IMG/VR virus record: IMGVR_UViG_3300008255_000178
Span: 1 to 47,849 of that record
Source of the DNA: a virus
Taxonomy: Duplodnaviria > Caudoviricetes
Direction: 5' to 3' (one strand)
Length of the DNA stretch: 47,849 nucleotides
Under the pieces are notes generated by a model. The model had not been told where the DNA came from and ran no database searches. It worked only from the letters and a program-made list of their open reading frames with translations. Below are positions 25,092 through 34,698 of the stretch, in pieces. Position 1 is the stretch's first letter. Each line of letters starts with the position of its first letter. Position numbers and translations under genes: made by a program.

Positions 25092-25471
25092 GCTTCCGCA
25101 AGCCCAAGGCAGTCCTGCGCGAATCTGTGGGCACCTACACGAACGGCAACTGGGCCCCGGGCGCCCGCAGCGCGACGACCACAATGGCGTCGGCGCAACC
25201 TGTGGTCATGGGGCACGACTTGCACGCCTTACCTGAAGGGCGCCACCTGTCCGACGTTGTGAAGTTCTATACCAATGACCGTCTTCAGGTGACTGCGGAC
25301 GGTGAAGGTGTGCAGCCGGACATCGTCGTTCATGAGGGCTACGGGTACGAGCTTATCAGCATCTTCGCAAATCAGTCCGGGGTGATCAGCCACTACAAAT
25401 ACATCGGCATGAAGGTGTTCAAATTCACATCGACAGCTGATTGGCTGTCCGGCGCACTCAAGAGGCCGTAA
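25088..25471 (+). CDS. Head closure/head-tail joining protein
   Basis: ASAQP...LHALPEGR...VKFYT motif and position. Confidence 0.72.
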   Translation: MSFRKPKAVLRESVGTYTNGNWAPGARSATTTMASAQPVVMGHDLHALPEGRHLSDVVKFYTNDRLQVTADGEGVQPDIVVHEGYGYELISIFANQSGVISHYKYIGMKVFKFTSTADWLSGALKRP

Positions 25472-26010
25472 TGACTGTCAAGGCTACGCTCTACACACTG
25501 GTGAAGGCGCTTGTTGGTGCGGAGATGCTGGTCTTCGCGGACCAGAACGCGCCGCGCCCGCCTCTGCCGTATTGGACACTTCGGCTGTCTGCACAACGAC
25601 AAGTCGGTGAGGATTCTTACAGCCAAGGTGTGGATGACAACGGCGATCAGCTTGTGAGCGGTGTGCGCGAGATCACCGTACAGGTGCAGCGCATCGGAAC
25701 CGATTCCGACGTGTCGTGTGCAGACCTCCGCGACAACCTTTCCCGCACGACTGTTCTGGAAGAGTGGCAGCGTCAAAAGATTGCACTGTACGACGTGGGC
25801 GACGTGCTCAACGTGCCGTACAAGCTAGACAATTCGCAACTGGAACCCCGCGCCAGTGTGGATCTATTCGTTCGCTTTGGCACGGAGCTTCTTGACCGTG
25901 TTGGCGTGATCGATACGGTGGAAACGTCCGCAGGATACGTCACGAATCAAGCTCCAGGGTTTGATGAGGCGGATCCGGATCTGGCGGAAGTCATCACGGT
26001 TGTGTTATAG
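25471..26010 (+). CDS. Tail terminator/neck protein
   Basis: VFADQNAPRPPLPY motif; directly before the sheath gene. Confidence 0.72.
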   Translation: MTVKATLYTLVKALVGAEMLVFADQNAPRPPLPYWTLRLSAQRQVGEDSYSQGVDDNGDQLVSGVREITVQVQRIGTDSDVSCADLRDNLSRTTVLEEWQRQKIALYDVGDVLNVPYKLDNSQLEPRASVDLFVRFGTELLDRVGVIDTVETSAGYVTNQAPGFDEADPDLAEVITVVL

Positions 26011-26040
26011 TGGGCTTGATTTGACATAAGGAGTTTTTCA

Positions 26041-27369
26041 ATGGCAACCCTTGACGATATTGTTTCAGTACAAATCGCGCTCCAGACGGCTGGTGTTGTG
26101 CGAGGCGACTTCGGTACTCCGATGATCGTCGCTCCGCTGATGACCTTCCCTGAGCGTGTGCGTGTCTATACCAGTTACAACGCAGCGTCCGAAGACGATC
26201 TGCCGCCCGCACTGCTGACCGCTCTGTCCGATTGCTTCGGCCAGATCCCGCGTCCGCGCCAAGTGAAGGTCGGTCGTCGTGCGGTGCTGAAGGCGGTCAT
26301 TGAAGTTGCTGACCTAATTGCGCTGGGCACCTATTCTTTCAAGGTCAATGGCGAGTCGTACAGCTACACAGCTGACGGCACTCCGACCAAGGCGGAAATC
26401 GCTACCGGCCTGGCGCTGGCAGTGACGAGCGACACGGACGAAGTGATCACCGCGACTGCTGTGGGCGACACGGTGGAGATCGCGTGGATCGGTGCTGTGG
26501 GCTCGGTGGAGCTGGTCAGTAACCTGCAATGGGGCGCAATCACCCCGCTGGCTGCTACCGCTGCCGTCGCTAACGACCTCGACGCAATCCTGGACGAGGA
26601 CAATCGCTGGTATGGCTTGGTGATGGTTGAGCGTGTGAAGCAGGTTCAGCTCGACGCTGCTGCCTGGACCGAAGCGAACGACAAGCTCTTCATCACCGCT
26701 ACCAACGAAGCGGACGTCCTGAACCCGTCCGTGACGACCGACCTCCTGAGCGTGCTCAAGAATACGCGGTACTATCGCACGGCAGCTCTGTTCCACACGA
26801 ACGCGGCTACCGAATACCCGGACGCAGCCTGGGCCGGTCGCGTATTCACCATCAAGCCTGGCGGCGAAACGTGGGCGCTCAAGTCGCTCGCAAGCGTGAC
26901 CCCGTCGCCGCTGACCAGCACGCAGAAGCAAACTGTGGTCAGCAAGGGTGGCAACACGTTCGAGTTCTACCAGGAACAGATCGCGCTGACGAACCCCGGC
27001 AAGGTTGCAGCAGGCGAATGGATTGACGTGATTCGCTTCCGCGACTGGCTGAAGGACACCATCCAGGTCAATATGACGCAGATGATGATCAACCGCGATA
27101 AGGTGCCTTACACCGACGCGGGGATTCAGCTGTGCGTGAATAACCTGCGGAAGTCGTTGCAGGAAGGCCAGAACGTGGGCGGTATTGCGCCGGACGAACT
27201 GGACGCCAGCAATAACACGGTTCCGGGCTTCGTCATCACTTACCCGCGTTCCGTCGAACTGGCTCCGAGCATCAAGGCGTCTCGCGTCCTGTCGCTCGGC
27301 TTCACGGCCCGCCTTGCTGGTGCGATCCACGTCGTGGAAATCACTGGTGCCCTGGCATACGAACTCTAA
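26041..27369 (+). CDS. Contractile tail sheath protein (DUF3383-type)
   Basis: IVSVQIAL..GDFG, TWALKSLASV, GEWIDVIRFRDWL, KVPYTDAG, LAGAIH. Confidence 0.92.
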   Translation: MATLDDIVSVQIALQTAGVVRGDFGTPMIVAPLMTFPERVRVYTSYNAASEDDLPPALLTALSDCFGQIPRPRQVKVGRRAVLKAVIEVADLIALGTYSFKVNGESYSYTADGTPTKAEIATGLALAVTSDTDEVITATAVGDTVEIAWIGAVGSVELVSNLQWGAITPLAATAAVANDLDAILDEDNRWYGLVMVERVKQVQLDAAAWTEANDKLFITATNEADVLNPSVTTDLLSVLKNTRYYRTAALFHTNAATEYPDAAWAGRVFTIKPGGETWALKSLASVTPSPLTSTQKQTVVSKGGNTFEFYQEQIALTNPGKVAAGEWIDVIRFRDWLKDTIQVNMTQMMINRDKVPYTDAGIQLCVNNLRKSLQEGQNVGGIAPDELDASNNTVPGFVITYPRSVELAPSIKASRVLSLGFTARLAGAIHVVEITGALAYEL

Positions 27370-27380
27370 GGAGAGAATGA

Positions 27381-27821
27381 ATGAGTGCTACTTTGACAGG
27401 TTCCTACGATCCCGCACAGGTCATCTGCACCGTCGGCGGAGTCATTCTGTCGGGCTTCAGCGATGGTGACGCCATCATCGCTCGTCGCTCGGAGGATATG
27501 TACTTCACCCGCGTCGGTGCCGATGGTGGTGTGGCTCGCGCTCGCAACGCCAACAAGATGGGCGAGTTCGAGTTCAAGCTCCTGCAGACCAGCAACGCGA
27601 ATGACCTGCTGTCCGCGTTGCTCGCGACAGACGACCTCACCAACGACGGCCTGATCGTTATCCCGATCGCAGTGCTGGACGGTTCCGGGCGATCCCTTGC
27701 TGCTGCGACGCAGTGCTGGATCAAGTCCGTGCCTGAGGCTACCTTCGGCAAGGAAGTTTCTGAGCGTGTGTGGGTCTTCAGTGCAGCGGACTTGAAGATC
27801 TTCCACGGCGGTGGCAACTAA
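27381..27821 (+). CDS. Tail tube protein (DUF3277-type)
   Basis: YDPAQV...SGFSDG...VGADG...LLQTS..ND; follows the sheath gene. Confidence 0.88.
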   Translation: MSATLTGSYDPAQVICTVGGVILSGFSDGDAIIARRSEDMYFTRVGADGGVARARNANKMGEFEFKLLQTSNANDLLSALLATDDLTNDGLIVIPIAVLDGSGRSLAAATQCWIKSVPEATFGKEVSERVWVFSAADLKIFHGGGN

Positions 27822-27834
27822 GTTGAGGGAAGTG

Positions 27835-27860
27835 AAACGGGGCCCACAAGGCCCCGTTTT
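27835..27860 (+). terminator. Intrinsic terminator after the tail tube gene
   Basis: AAACGGGGCC-CACAA-GGCCCCGTTTT. Confidence 0.75.
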
Positions 27861-27899
27861 GCTATACTCCGACTCATTGACCACAATCGAGGGATTATC

Positions 27900-28346
27900 A
27901 TGCAGCAAGAAACCTTTATCGTAGGCACGCGGGAATTCACCTGTGTGCGAATGAACGCCTTTGCAGCGAATAAGCTGCTCATGAGGCTCCAGAAGATTGC
28001 GGTTCCTGTGATCGGTTCGCTGGTGGGCGCTGGTAAGGGCCTGGGCGACATTGACGTCAAGGAAGCTGCACAGGTCATCGCGGGTAACTTGGACGAGTCC
28101 ATCATGGACAACATCGTTCTCCCGTTGTTTGCAGAGTCCCGCGTGTATTGCGTGGAGACCAAGAAATTCATCAAGGGTGGCACCGATATTGATCAGTGCT
28201 TCACGACCGAGAACCTGTTCGACCTGTACGAACTGATCTTTGAAGTCGCGAGGTATCAATTCGGCCCTTTTTTCGCCTCACTGGTCGATCGCTTTGGCGC
28301 TCTGACCGACGGCGTGAAGACGACGCAAAAGTCCCAGGCAAGCTAG
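27900..28346 (+). CDS. Tail assembly chaperone (G-like)
   Basis: Between tube and tape measure; contains slippery site C CCT TTT. Confidence 0.82.
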   Translation: MQQETFIVGTREFTCVRMNAFAANKLLMRLQKIAVPVIGSLVGAGKGLGDIDVKEAAQVIAGNLDESIMDNIVLPLFAESRVYCVETKKFIKGGTDIDQCFTTENLFDLYELIFEVARYQFGPFFASLVDRFGALTDGVKTTQKSQAS

Positions 28347-28525
28347 ACGACGAGCTGTCAGCGGAGCTGTGGATCTGGCGCCCCATCCTTGCGGGGAAGG
28401 TGACGCTCCAGGAAGTGAAAGATGGCGTTGCTTCGGTGGAGGACTTGCAGGCGCTGAATGCGCTGCTCGATATGCAGTCTGACATCGAAGCGACCCAATA
28501 CGAAGCAGCAAAGGCACAGAGGTGA
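28265..28525 (+). CDS. -1 frameshift extension of the tail chaperone (GT-like product, 27900-28525)
   Basis: -1 frame is open from the slippery site to TGA 28523-28525: ...ELWIWRPILAGKVTLQEVKDGVASVEDLQALNALLDM... Confidence 0.75.
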   Translation, partial: PFFRLTGRSLWRSDRRREDDAKVPGKLDDELSAELWIWRPILAGKVTLQEVKDGVASVEDLQALNALLDMQSDIEATQYEAAKAQR

Positions 28526-28529
28526 CGAA

Positions 28530-30287
28530 TTGATTGTACGCGAACTCATTACCCGACTCGGCTTCTCGTTGAACAGGTCTCAGCTTGACAATGCTGAGAA
28601 AGGTGTTCAGCGGGTAAAAGACCGGGCTGAGGAGGCAGCGACCGCCTTCCGGAATATGGCTGCTGCTGTGGTCAGCTTCGCTACGGTCAAAGCAATCATC
28701 AACATCGCGGACGAGATGCAAAACATCCGCACGCGAATCGGTCAGCTTCCGCAGACCGTAGGTGACGCGGGTGATGCCTTTGATGAGGTGGCGCGTCGTG
28801 CAAGCGCATCAGGCGTGAAGATTGACGCCTACGCTTCGCTCTACACGAAGGTCGGCAACGCTGCCAAGGACTACATCACAACTCAAGAAGACCTGCTAGG
28901 TATCACCGACACCATCTCGCAGGCGCTTGTCGTGGGCGGTGCAAGTGCGCAGGAAGCGTCCGCAGTGATGACGCAGTTCTCGCAAGCGTTGGCGTCAGGT
29001 GTGCTGCAAGGTGACGAGTTCCGTTCGATGGCGGAAGCTGCCCCGCAGTACCTTGACAAGCTCGCGGAGACGATGAAAATCCCTCGTGAGCAGCTCAAGA
29101 AGATGGCGTCGGAGGGCAAGCTGACCGCCAAGGAAGTGATTGACGCGACCCGTAAGATGTCGGATTACTTCGGGGACAAGTTCAAGCAGATGCCCATGAC
29201 CGTGGGCCGCGCTATGACCGTCATCGGGAACCGCTTTGCGCGGATGCTCGACAAGATGAACCGCGACTCGAACTTCGTGACCACAATCGCAAACGCGATC
29301 CTCACGGTGTTCGACAAGATTGAAGCTGGCGTCTATAAGCTGGTGGATGCGTTCGGAGGATGGGAAAACATGCTCCGCTTCGTCGGCATTGCCATCGGCG
29401 TTGCGCTTGGTGCCAAGGCGCTGTCCATCCTGGCTGCATTCCGTGCGGCCAGCTTGTTGGCGATGCTACCTTTCATCAAGATCATTGCGATCATCTCCGC
29501 CGTTGCGCTGGTGCTGGAAGACCTGTACGTCTGGATCAACGGGGGCGACTCGCTTATCGGGTCACTCATTGGGCCTTGGGAGGAATGGCGCCCTTACGTG
29601 ATGGCAGCGATCGAGATGGTGAAGGACGCATTCACATGGCTCGGGCAAGTCATTGCGGCCATCGGTGCAATCCTTGTCGGCGCATTCACGCTGGACGGGA
29701 ACTTATTCAAAGTTGGCCTGGAAGAGTTGGGATCGCTACTGTGGTCAGCACTGTCCGCCTGGGCCACTTGGTGGTGGGAAACCTTCAGCACTGTGATGGC
29801 AGCGATCGGAACGTACTTCGCCGAGCTGCTGACGCAATGGGGAACAGCAATTCGCGACGCCTTTGTGAATGCTTTCACAGCCGTTACCGCATACGTGACG
29901 GAGACGTTCGCTGCCTGGGGATCGATGATCTACAACGCGATCTTCCTGCCCATTGTCAATGCTGTGAGCGACGCATGGAACAAGGTGAAAGGGCTTGCCT
30001 CCGGTGCATGGGAGGGCGCCAAGAGCTTTGTTGGCCTAGGCAGCGACGCAGGGGCCGGCACAGGCCCTGGCGCTACCCCTGCCAGTACCGTTGCACCGGC
30101 GCAGCTTGCGCCAGCGGCTATGGGGGCGGGGCGCCCGAACGTACAGTCCAACACCAATGTCACAGTCACCGTCCCGCCTGGAACGACTGCCGAGCAAGCT
30201 GCATTCCTGCAGAACGCGGCACAGCAGTCGTTCAATAAAGGTGCTAACGATAAACTGGCGCGTGACCTTGCTGTCTATGCGCCCTGA
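28530..30287 (+). CDS. Tape measure protein
   Basis: TTG start MIVRELITRLGF; QFSQALASGVLQGDEFRSMAE tape-measure motif; Trp-periodic repeats. Confidence 0.92.
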   Translation: MIVRELITRLGFSLNRSQLDNAEKGVQRVKDRAEEAATAFRNMAAAVVSFATVKAIINIADEMQNIRTRIGQLPQTVGDAGDAFDEVARRASASGVKIDAYASLYTKVGNAAKDYITTQEDLLGITDTISQALVVGGASAQEASAVMTQFSQALASGVLQGDEFRSMAEAAPQYLDKLAETMKIPREQLKKMASEGKLTAKEVIDATRKMSDYFGDKFKQMPMTVGRAMTVIGNRFARMLDKMNRDSNFVTTIANAILTVFDKIEAGVYKLVDAFGGWENMLRFVGIAIGVALGAKALSILAAFRAASLLAMLPFIKIIAIISAVALVLEDLYVWINGGDSLIGSLIGPWEEWRPYVMAAIEMVKDAFTWLGQVIAAIGAILVGAFTLDGNLFKVGLEELGSLLWSALSAWATWWWETFSTVMAAIGTYFAELLTQWGTAIRDAFVNAFTAVTAYVTETFAAWGSMIYNAIFLPIVNAVSDAWNKVKGLASGAWEGAKSFVGLGSDAGAGTGPGATPASTVAPAQLAPAAMGAGRPNVQSNTNVTVTVPPGTTAEQAAFLQNAAQQSFNKGANDKLARDLAVYAP

Positions 30288-30296
30288 GGATAGAAT

Positions 30297-30902
30297 ATGA
30301 TCGGACTATACTTCGGCGGGCAATGGTTCCAGACCGCGTTTGGAAACCTTTACGGGAACATCGAGCTTGACGCGGTGCTGGACGAGAATCACGAATGGTC
30401 CGCTGAGGCAACGAGCAACCCCGTAGAGGTGGGCGCACCAGTCACTGACCACGTTATCGACCAGTCTGACAAGCTGAAGATCCGAGGCTTCGTTACCGAC
30501 ACCCCCCTCACCCTGAGCCAGTCTGTGTCGGGGCTTGTCAATTCGGGCAGCGTAGGGAACCGCACACAAGCGGTCTTTGACTTGCTACACCAGCTGATCA
30601 AGCTGAAAGAGCCGATGACGGTCTATACGAAGCACAGGATCTATGATGACATGGTGCTGACAAACGTCACGATCCCGCGTTCCGCTGGTGTGGGTGAAGC
30701 AATCGAGTTCAGCGCGGAGTTCATTAACATCCGCAAGGTGGCGACGCAGATGGTGGATGTACCGGAAGGCATCAACCCGAAGAAGGAAGCCAAGGGCGAC
30801 GCTGCTACGGGTAAGAAATCCGAACCGACTAAGGACGCTGGCAAGAAGCAAGCTGAGACGGTGCAGAAACCTTCCAGCACACTATCGAGGGTCTTCAAAT
30901 AA
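30297..30902 (+). CDS. Baseplate/tube initiator (Dit-like) protein
   Basis: LDAVLDENH...TSNPVEVGAPVTDH; follows the tape measure gene. Confidence 0.78.
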   Translation: MIGLYFGGQWFQTAFGNLYGNIELDAVLDENHEWSAEATSNPVEVGAPVTDHVIDQSDKLKIRGFVTDTPLTLSQSVSGLVNSGSVGNRTQAVFDLLHQLIKLKEPMTVYTKHRIYDDMVLTNVTIPRSAGVGEAIEFSAEFINIRKVATQMVDVPEGINPKKEAKGDAATGKKSEPTKDAGKKQAETVQKPSSTLSRVFK

Positions 30903-31255
30903 TGTCACTCATTCAAAAGATCCCGCTGCAACCCGACACGACGGACCAGCTTGTCAGCGTAGAGCTTGACGGCAATCCTTACATCATTCGCGTTCTGTGG
31001 AACGAGCGTTTCGGCTACTTCTCATTATCCATCAGCGCAGCAGATGAGACCCCGCTGGTGACGAATGTGAAGATGGTGAAGAACTATCCGCTGATCGGGC
31101 GGTTCAAGAACACCTTGCTTCCAGCAGGGGACTTCTACTTCGTACAAGAAAAGGGGAACGCCGAGCGTCCTGCCTATGCTGACCTCGCTGTGAATTTCGG
31201 GCTGTACTATTACGAGGCGGACGCTGTGGTCACAGCACAGCCGGTCCGAGGTTAA
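30902..31255 (+). CDS. Baseplate component
   Basis: IPL.P...Q.VSVELDG...WNER pattern and position. Confidence 0.72.
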   Translation: MSLIQKIPLQPDTTDQLVSVELDGNPYIIRVLWNERFGYFSLSISAADETPLVTNVKMVKNYPLIGRFKNTLLPAGDFYFVQEKGNAERPAYADLAVNFGLYYYEADAVVTAQPVRG

Positions 31256-31258
31256 GAC

Positions 31259-32182
31259 ATGCTATTCAACCGCGTTGCATCATTGGTCGTAGGGAAGGAA
31301 GGGGGCAAGGGCAAAGAGCTTGCAGGCCTCCGCTTTTCATTCAGCATCCAAAAGGGTTCCACTAAGACGCCGAATCAATGCACCGTGAAGGTCTGGAACG
31401 CTGCACCGGACACCCGCGCCCTCATTGAGGTGATTGGCAACGTGTTGATCCTGAAGGCAGGGTACAGCGAAGACATCGGAGCGACCACAATCTTCAGCGG
31501 CAACGTCACCCGCACGCTTACGGTGCGCGAAGGGCCCGACTGGATCACCGAGCTTGAACTGCAAGACGGGTTCGTTGAGTTCCGCGACGCGAAGGTGTCG
31601 CTGTCGTTCGGTAAGGGCGCCACCGTGTTGCAGGTCGTCACCGCTATCAGTAAGAAGTTTGGCCTGCCTGTGCGCCCGCTGCCTGCCGACGTAGCCAAGA
31701 AGCAGTACCCGGCAGGGTTTGCGTTCGTTGGTCGCGTGCGCGATGCTATGGACAAGGCGTGCGAGAATGGGGGCTTGGAATGGAGCATCCAGAACCGCGA
31801 GATCCAAATCATTAAGAAGGGTGGCGTCTTCAAGCAGAAGGCGTATGTGCTGTCCCCCGACACCGGGCTCATCGGGTCTCCGATGCAAGAGTCCAAAACA
31901 ATGACGGAGAAAGCTGCCGCGAAGGAAGGTATCACCGCAAGCCAGCCGGGTGTGCGCAAGACTACGAAGCGCGACAAAGACGGTGAGGTGCAGGAGGTGC
32001 TCCAGGTGCTCGGTTACAAGGTCAAGTCCTTGCTTCAACCGCTGATTGAGCCTGGCGGCTATGTGCAGGTGAGGTCCAAAGGCATTGACGGGGAGTTCTT
32101 CCGCATTGAGGAACTCACTCATGTGGGCGACACCCACGGCAACGAGTGGCACAGTGAATTGACTTTGAGGTACGTGAAATAA
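31259..32182 (+). CDS. Baseplate hub protein
   Basis: FSIQK...PN...VWN, LKAGY...IFSGNV, WSIQN, TGLIGSP, GDTHGNEW. Confidence 0.82.
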   Translation: MLFNRVASLVVGKEGGKGKELAGLRFSFSIQKGSTKTPNQCTVKVWNAAPDTRALIEVIGNVLILKAGYSEDIGATTIFSGNVTRTLTVREGPDWITELELQDGFVEFRDAKVSLSFGKGATVLQVVTAISKKFGLPVRPLPADVAKKQYPAGFAFVGRVRDAMDKACENGGLEWSIQNREIQIIKKGGVFKQKAYVLSPDTGLIGSPMQESKTMTEKAAAKEGITASQPGVRKTTKRDKDGEVQEVLQVLGYKVKSLLQPLIEPGGYVQVRSKGIDGEFFRIEELTHVGDTHGNEWHSELTLRYVK

Positions 32183-32877
32183 TGGCTGAGACATCGAACA
32201 ACCCCGTCGAAGCCCTGATGGGTCTTATTCGGGCACAACTGCTGGACGTGAATACCGCGATTCCCGGCGTCGTTGTGTCGTACGAGAACGGGCTTGCCCG
32301 TGTGGCCCCAACTGGTAAGAAGCGATTCGCGGACGGCGACGTGCTGGACTATCCGATCATCCCGAACGTGCGTGTGTGCTGGCCTTCGTTCTCAGGCGGG
32401 ACAGCAGGGGTCAAGGGTCCGGTGAAACCCGGCGACAAGTGCCTTCTCGTGTTCTCGCAGCAAGCCATTGACGGTACTGACGACCGCCGCATGTTCGACC
32501 TTCAAGACGCTTATGCGGTCATGTGTGACCTTGGCAATGCGGGGGCGGGTGACAGCGGCAACAATGCTGACATGACGATGTTCTTCGGGGCTGCATACAT
32601 TCGACTCACCGCGGGCGGGGCTTTGCAGATCAACGCTCCGGGCGGAACAACTATCACGACGCCCAACACGACGAACACCGGCACGCTATTAACGCAAGGC
32701 AAACTGACCTATCAGGACGGGCTGGCCGGCAACGGGGGCGCCAACGGAACACAGATCAGCGGGAACATCAACCACACGTCAGGCAGCATCACTAGCCTGG
32801 GCAAGAAGATTGACGGTTCGCATACACACGGTGGCGTTCAGGCTGGCGGCAGCAATACGGCGGTTCCCAATGCTTGA
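32182..32877 (+). CDS. Baseplate central spike (gp138/gpV-like)
   Basis: TAIPGVVVSY, PVKPGDKCLLVF, C-terminal HTHGGV iron-binding tip. Confidence 0.88.
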   Translation: MAETSNNPVEALMGLIRAQLLDVNTAIPGVVVSYENGLARVAPTGKKRFADGDVLDYPIIPNVRVCWPSFSGGTAGVKGPVKPGDKCLLVFSQQAIDGTDDRRMFDLQDAYAVMCDLGNAGAGDSGNNADMTMFFGAAYIRLTAGGALQINAPGGTTITTPNTTNTGTLLTQGKLTYQDGLAGNGGANGTQISGNINHTSGSITSLGKKIDGSHTHGGVQAGGSNTAVPNA

Positions 32878-32924
32878 CGTCTATAGCTTGATGGACCTGC
32901 GATTGGAGTGTTATCATCCTCGAC

Positions 32925-33272
32925 ATGCTTGATATTGCGCTTACCACATCCCACGATCTTGACACCAGCTCGCTAGATCTGAAGCTGGTGGATAAGGCTG
33001 AACAGGTGCGCCAGCAGGTACTGATCAAGTTGAAGCTGTGGCGGGGCGAATGGTTTCTGGACACCGAGTTCGGGACGCCTTACCTGCAACAGATTCTAGG
33101 CAAGCAATTGACGCTCTCCGGGGCCCTTGCTGCGCTGCGGAAAAGCATTCTGGAAGTAGAAGGTGTTCGACAGATCCTTTCCTTCTCCTACTCGTTCAGC
33201 AATTCAACCCGGAAGCTGACGGTTGAATTCACGGCGGACACGCCTTACGGAATTGTTGAGGTAACTGCATGA
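32925..33272 (+). CDS. Baseplate wedge subunit (gp25-like)
   Basis: LKLWRGEWFLDTEFGTPY, EVEGV, TPYG. Confidence 0.82.
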   Translation: MLDIALTTSHDLDTSSLDLKLVDKAEQVRQQVLIKLKLWRGEWFLDTEFGTPYLQQILGKQLTLSGALAALRKSILEVEGVRQILSFSYSFSNSTRKLTVEFTADTPYGIVEVTA

Positions 33273-34696
33273 GCTTGACTGAACAAGGTTTCGAGCGTCC
33301 GCGTCTCACAGAGATCAAGAGCGACTACGACAAGCGTTTCACCGACGCCCTGGGCCCGGTGAATACGAACGCCGATGCTGTGGTCGGTCAGATCATCGGT
33401 ATCTTTGCGGCTGCGCTCGACGACGCCTACGAAGCTCTGCAGAACACCTATGACAGCATGTACCCGTCCAGCGCGGAAGGTACTTCGCTGGACGGCGCGG
33501 TGTCGTTTGTGGGGCTGGAGCGCCTCGCTGCTGCGCCAACAACGGCGGTCGCTATGTGCTACGGTACTGAAAGCACGCTGATCCCGGCTGGTGCCCTTGC
33601 ACGCTCTATCGATAACCGGCAGTACGTCACGACCGCTGATACCGTGATTAGCCGTTCGAGTTCTGGTGACGTGCTGATCGAACCGAACACCGTTGCCAAT
33701 ACGACCGCCTACCAAGTGATCGCGAACGGGACCAGTGTGGTCTATACGTCCGACGCCAGCGCAACGGCTGCTGAAATTGCTTCCGGTCTTGCTGCACTGT
33801 TCGACGCTAACGTGTTCCTGGCAACTGCTTCGAATGGTGTCCTGCGCCTACGCGCCAAGGACCAGTACAGCGACTTCACCCTGACGGTCGGTACAAACCT
33901 CACCATCACCAAGCTGGGCACGCCGGTCGTCTTTACCGCGCTGGAGCTCGGTGCTTACGGGTTGCCCGCCAACTCCTTGACAAGAATTGACAGTTCCGTT
34001 CTTGGATGGGACGAAGTGAATAACCTTGTTGCAGGTGCGACGGGGCGATTCGTTGAGACAGACGAAGAGCTGCGCGAACGCCACGCGAACAGCATTCGAG
34101 TGACCGGTGCGGCAACAGCCCAAGCAATCCGCTCCCGCGTCCTTGCTGAAGTGGATTCCGTCAGCTACTGCGCCATCTACGAAAACCGTACGAACGTCAT
34201 TGACGCCTTCAACCTGCCCCCGCATTCGTTCGAGGCAGTTATCAACGGCGGACTGGATCAGGCAGTCGCGGACAAACTGTTCGAAGTTAAGCCCGCGGGA
34301 ATTGAGACGTATGGCAACACCAGCCTTCAGGTTCTTGACGAGAACGGCGACATCCAGATCTGCAAGTTCTCGCGCCCAGCTGACCGCTTTGCATGGATTA
34401 GAGTAACAGTGGATGTTCTATACCCGGAGGAGGTTCTTACACCGGAGATCGCTCACGCAATTAAGTCCGCAATCCTGGGTTTCAGTGCCACCATTGGCAT
34501 CGGCGAGGACATCATTACTCAACGCTTCTACGGCCCGATCTACGATGCAACCAGCGGCATCGGTTCCATTACCGTTGAAGCTGCACTGACAACGACCGCG
34601 GGCGGGACGCCTACTTACAGCACAGCGAACGTCAGCGTGGCGCGTTCCGAGCTTGCGTTGTTCGCGGAAACCCGAATCACTGTGGTGGGAGTGTAA
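33269..34696 (+). CDS. Baseplate J-like wedge protein
   Basis: AEGTSLD, GRFVETDEELRER, YENRT...LPPHS, KPAGIETYG. Confidence 0.9.
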   Translation: MSLTEQGFERPRLTEIKSDYDKRFTDALGPVNTNADAVVGQIIGIFAAALDDAYEALQNTYDSMYPSSAEGTSLDGAVSFVGLERLAAAPTTAVAMCYGTESTLIPAGALARSIDNRQYVTTADTVISRSSSGDVLIEPNTVANTTAYQVIANGTSVVYTSDASATAAEIASGLAALFDANVFLATASNGVLRLRAKDQYSDFTLTVGTNLTITKLGTPVVFTALELGAYGLPANSLTRIDSSVLGWDEVNNLVAGATGRFVETDEELRERHANSIRVTGAATAQAIRSRVLAEVDSVSYCAIYENRTNVIDAFNLPPHSFEAVINGGLDQAVADKLFEVKPAGIETYGNTSLQVLDENGDIQICKFSRPADRFAWIRVTVDVLYPEEVLTPEIAHAIKSAILGFSATIGIGEDIITQRFYGPIYDATSGIGSITVEAALTTTAGGTPTYSTANVSVARSELALFAETRITVVGV

Positions 34697-34698
34697 TA

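Noticed and set aside
21463-27330. Long antisense ORFs opposite structural genes (21463-22593, 23026-23766, 26314-27330)
   Set aside because: Expected shadows of strongly codon-biased GC-rich genes; no motifs or RBS
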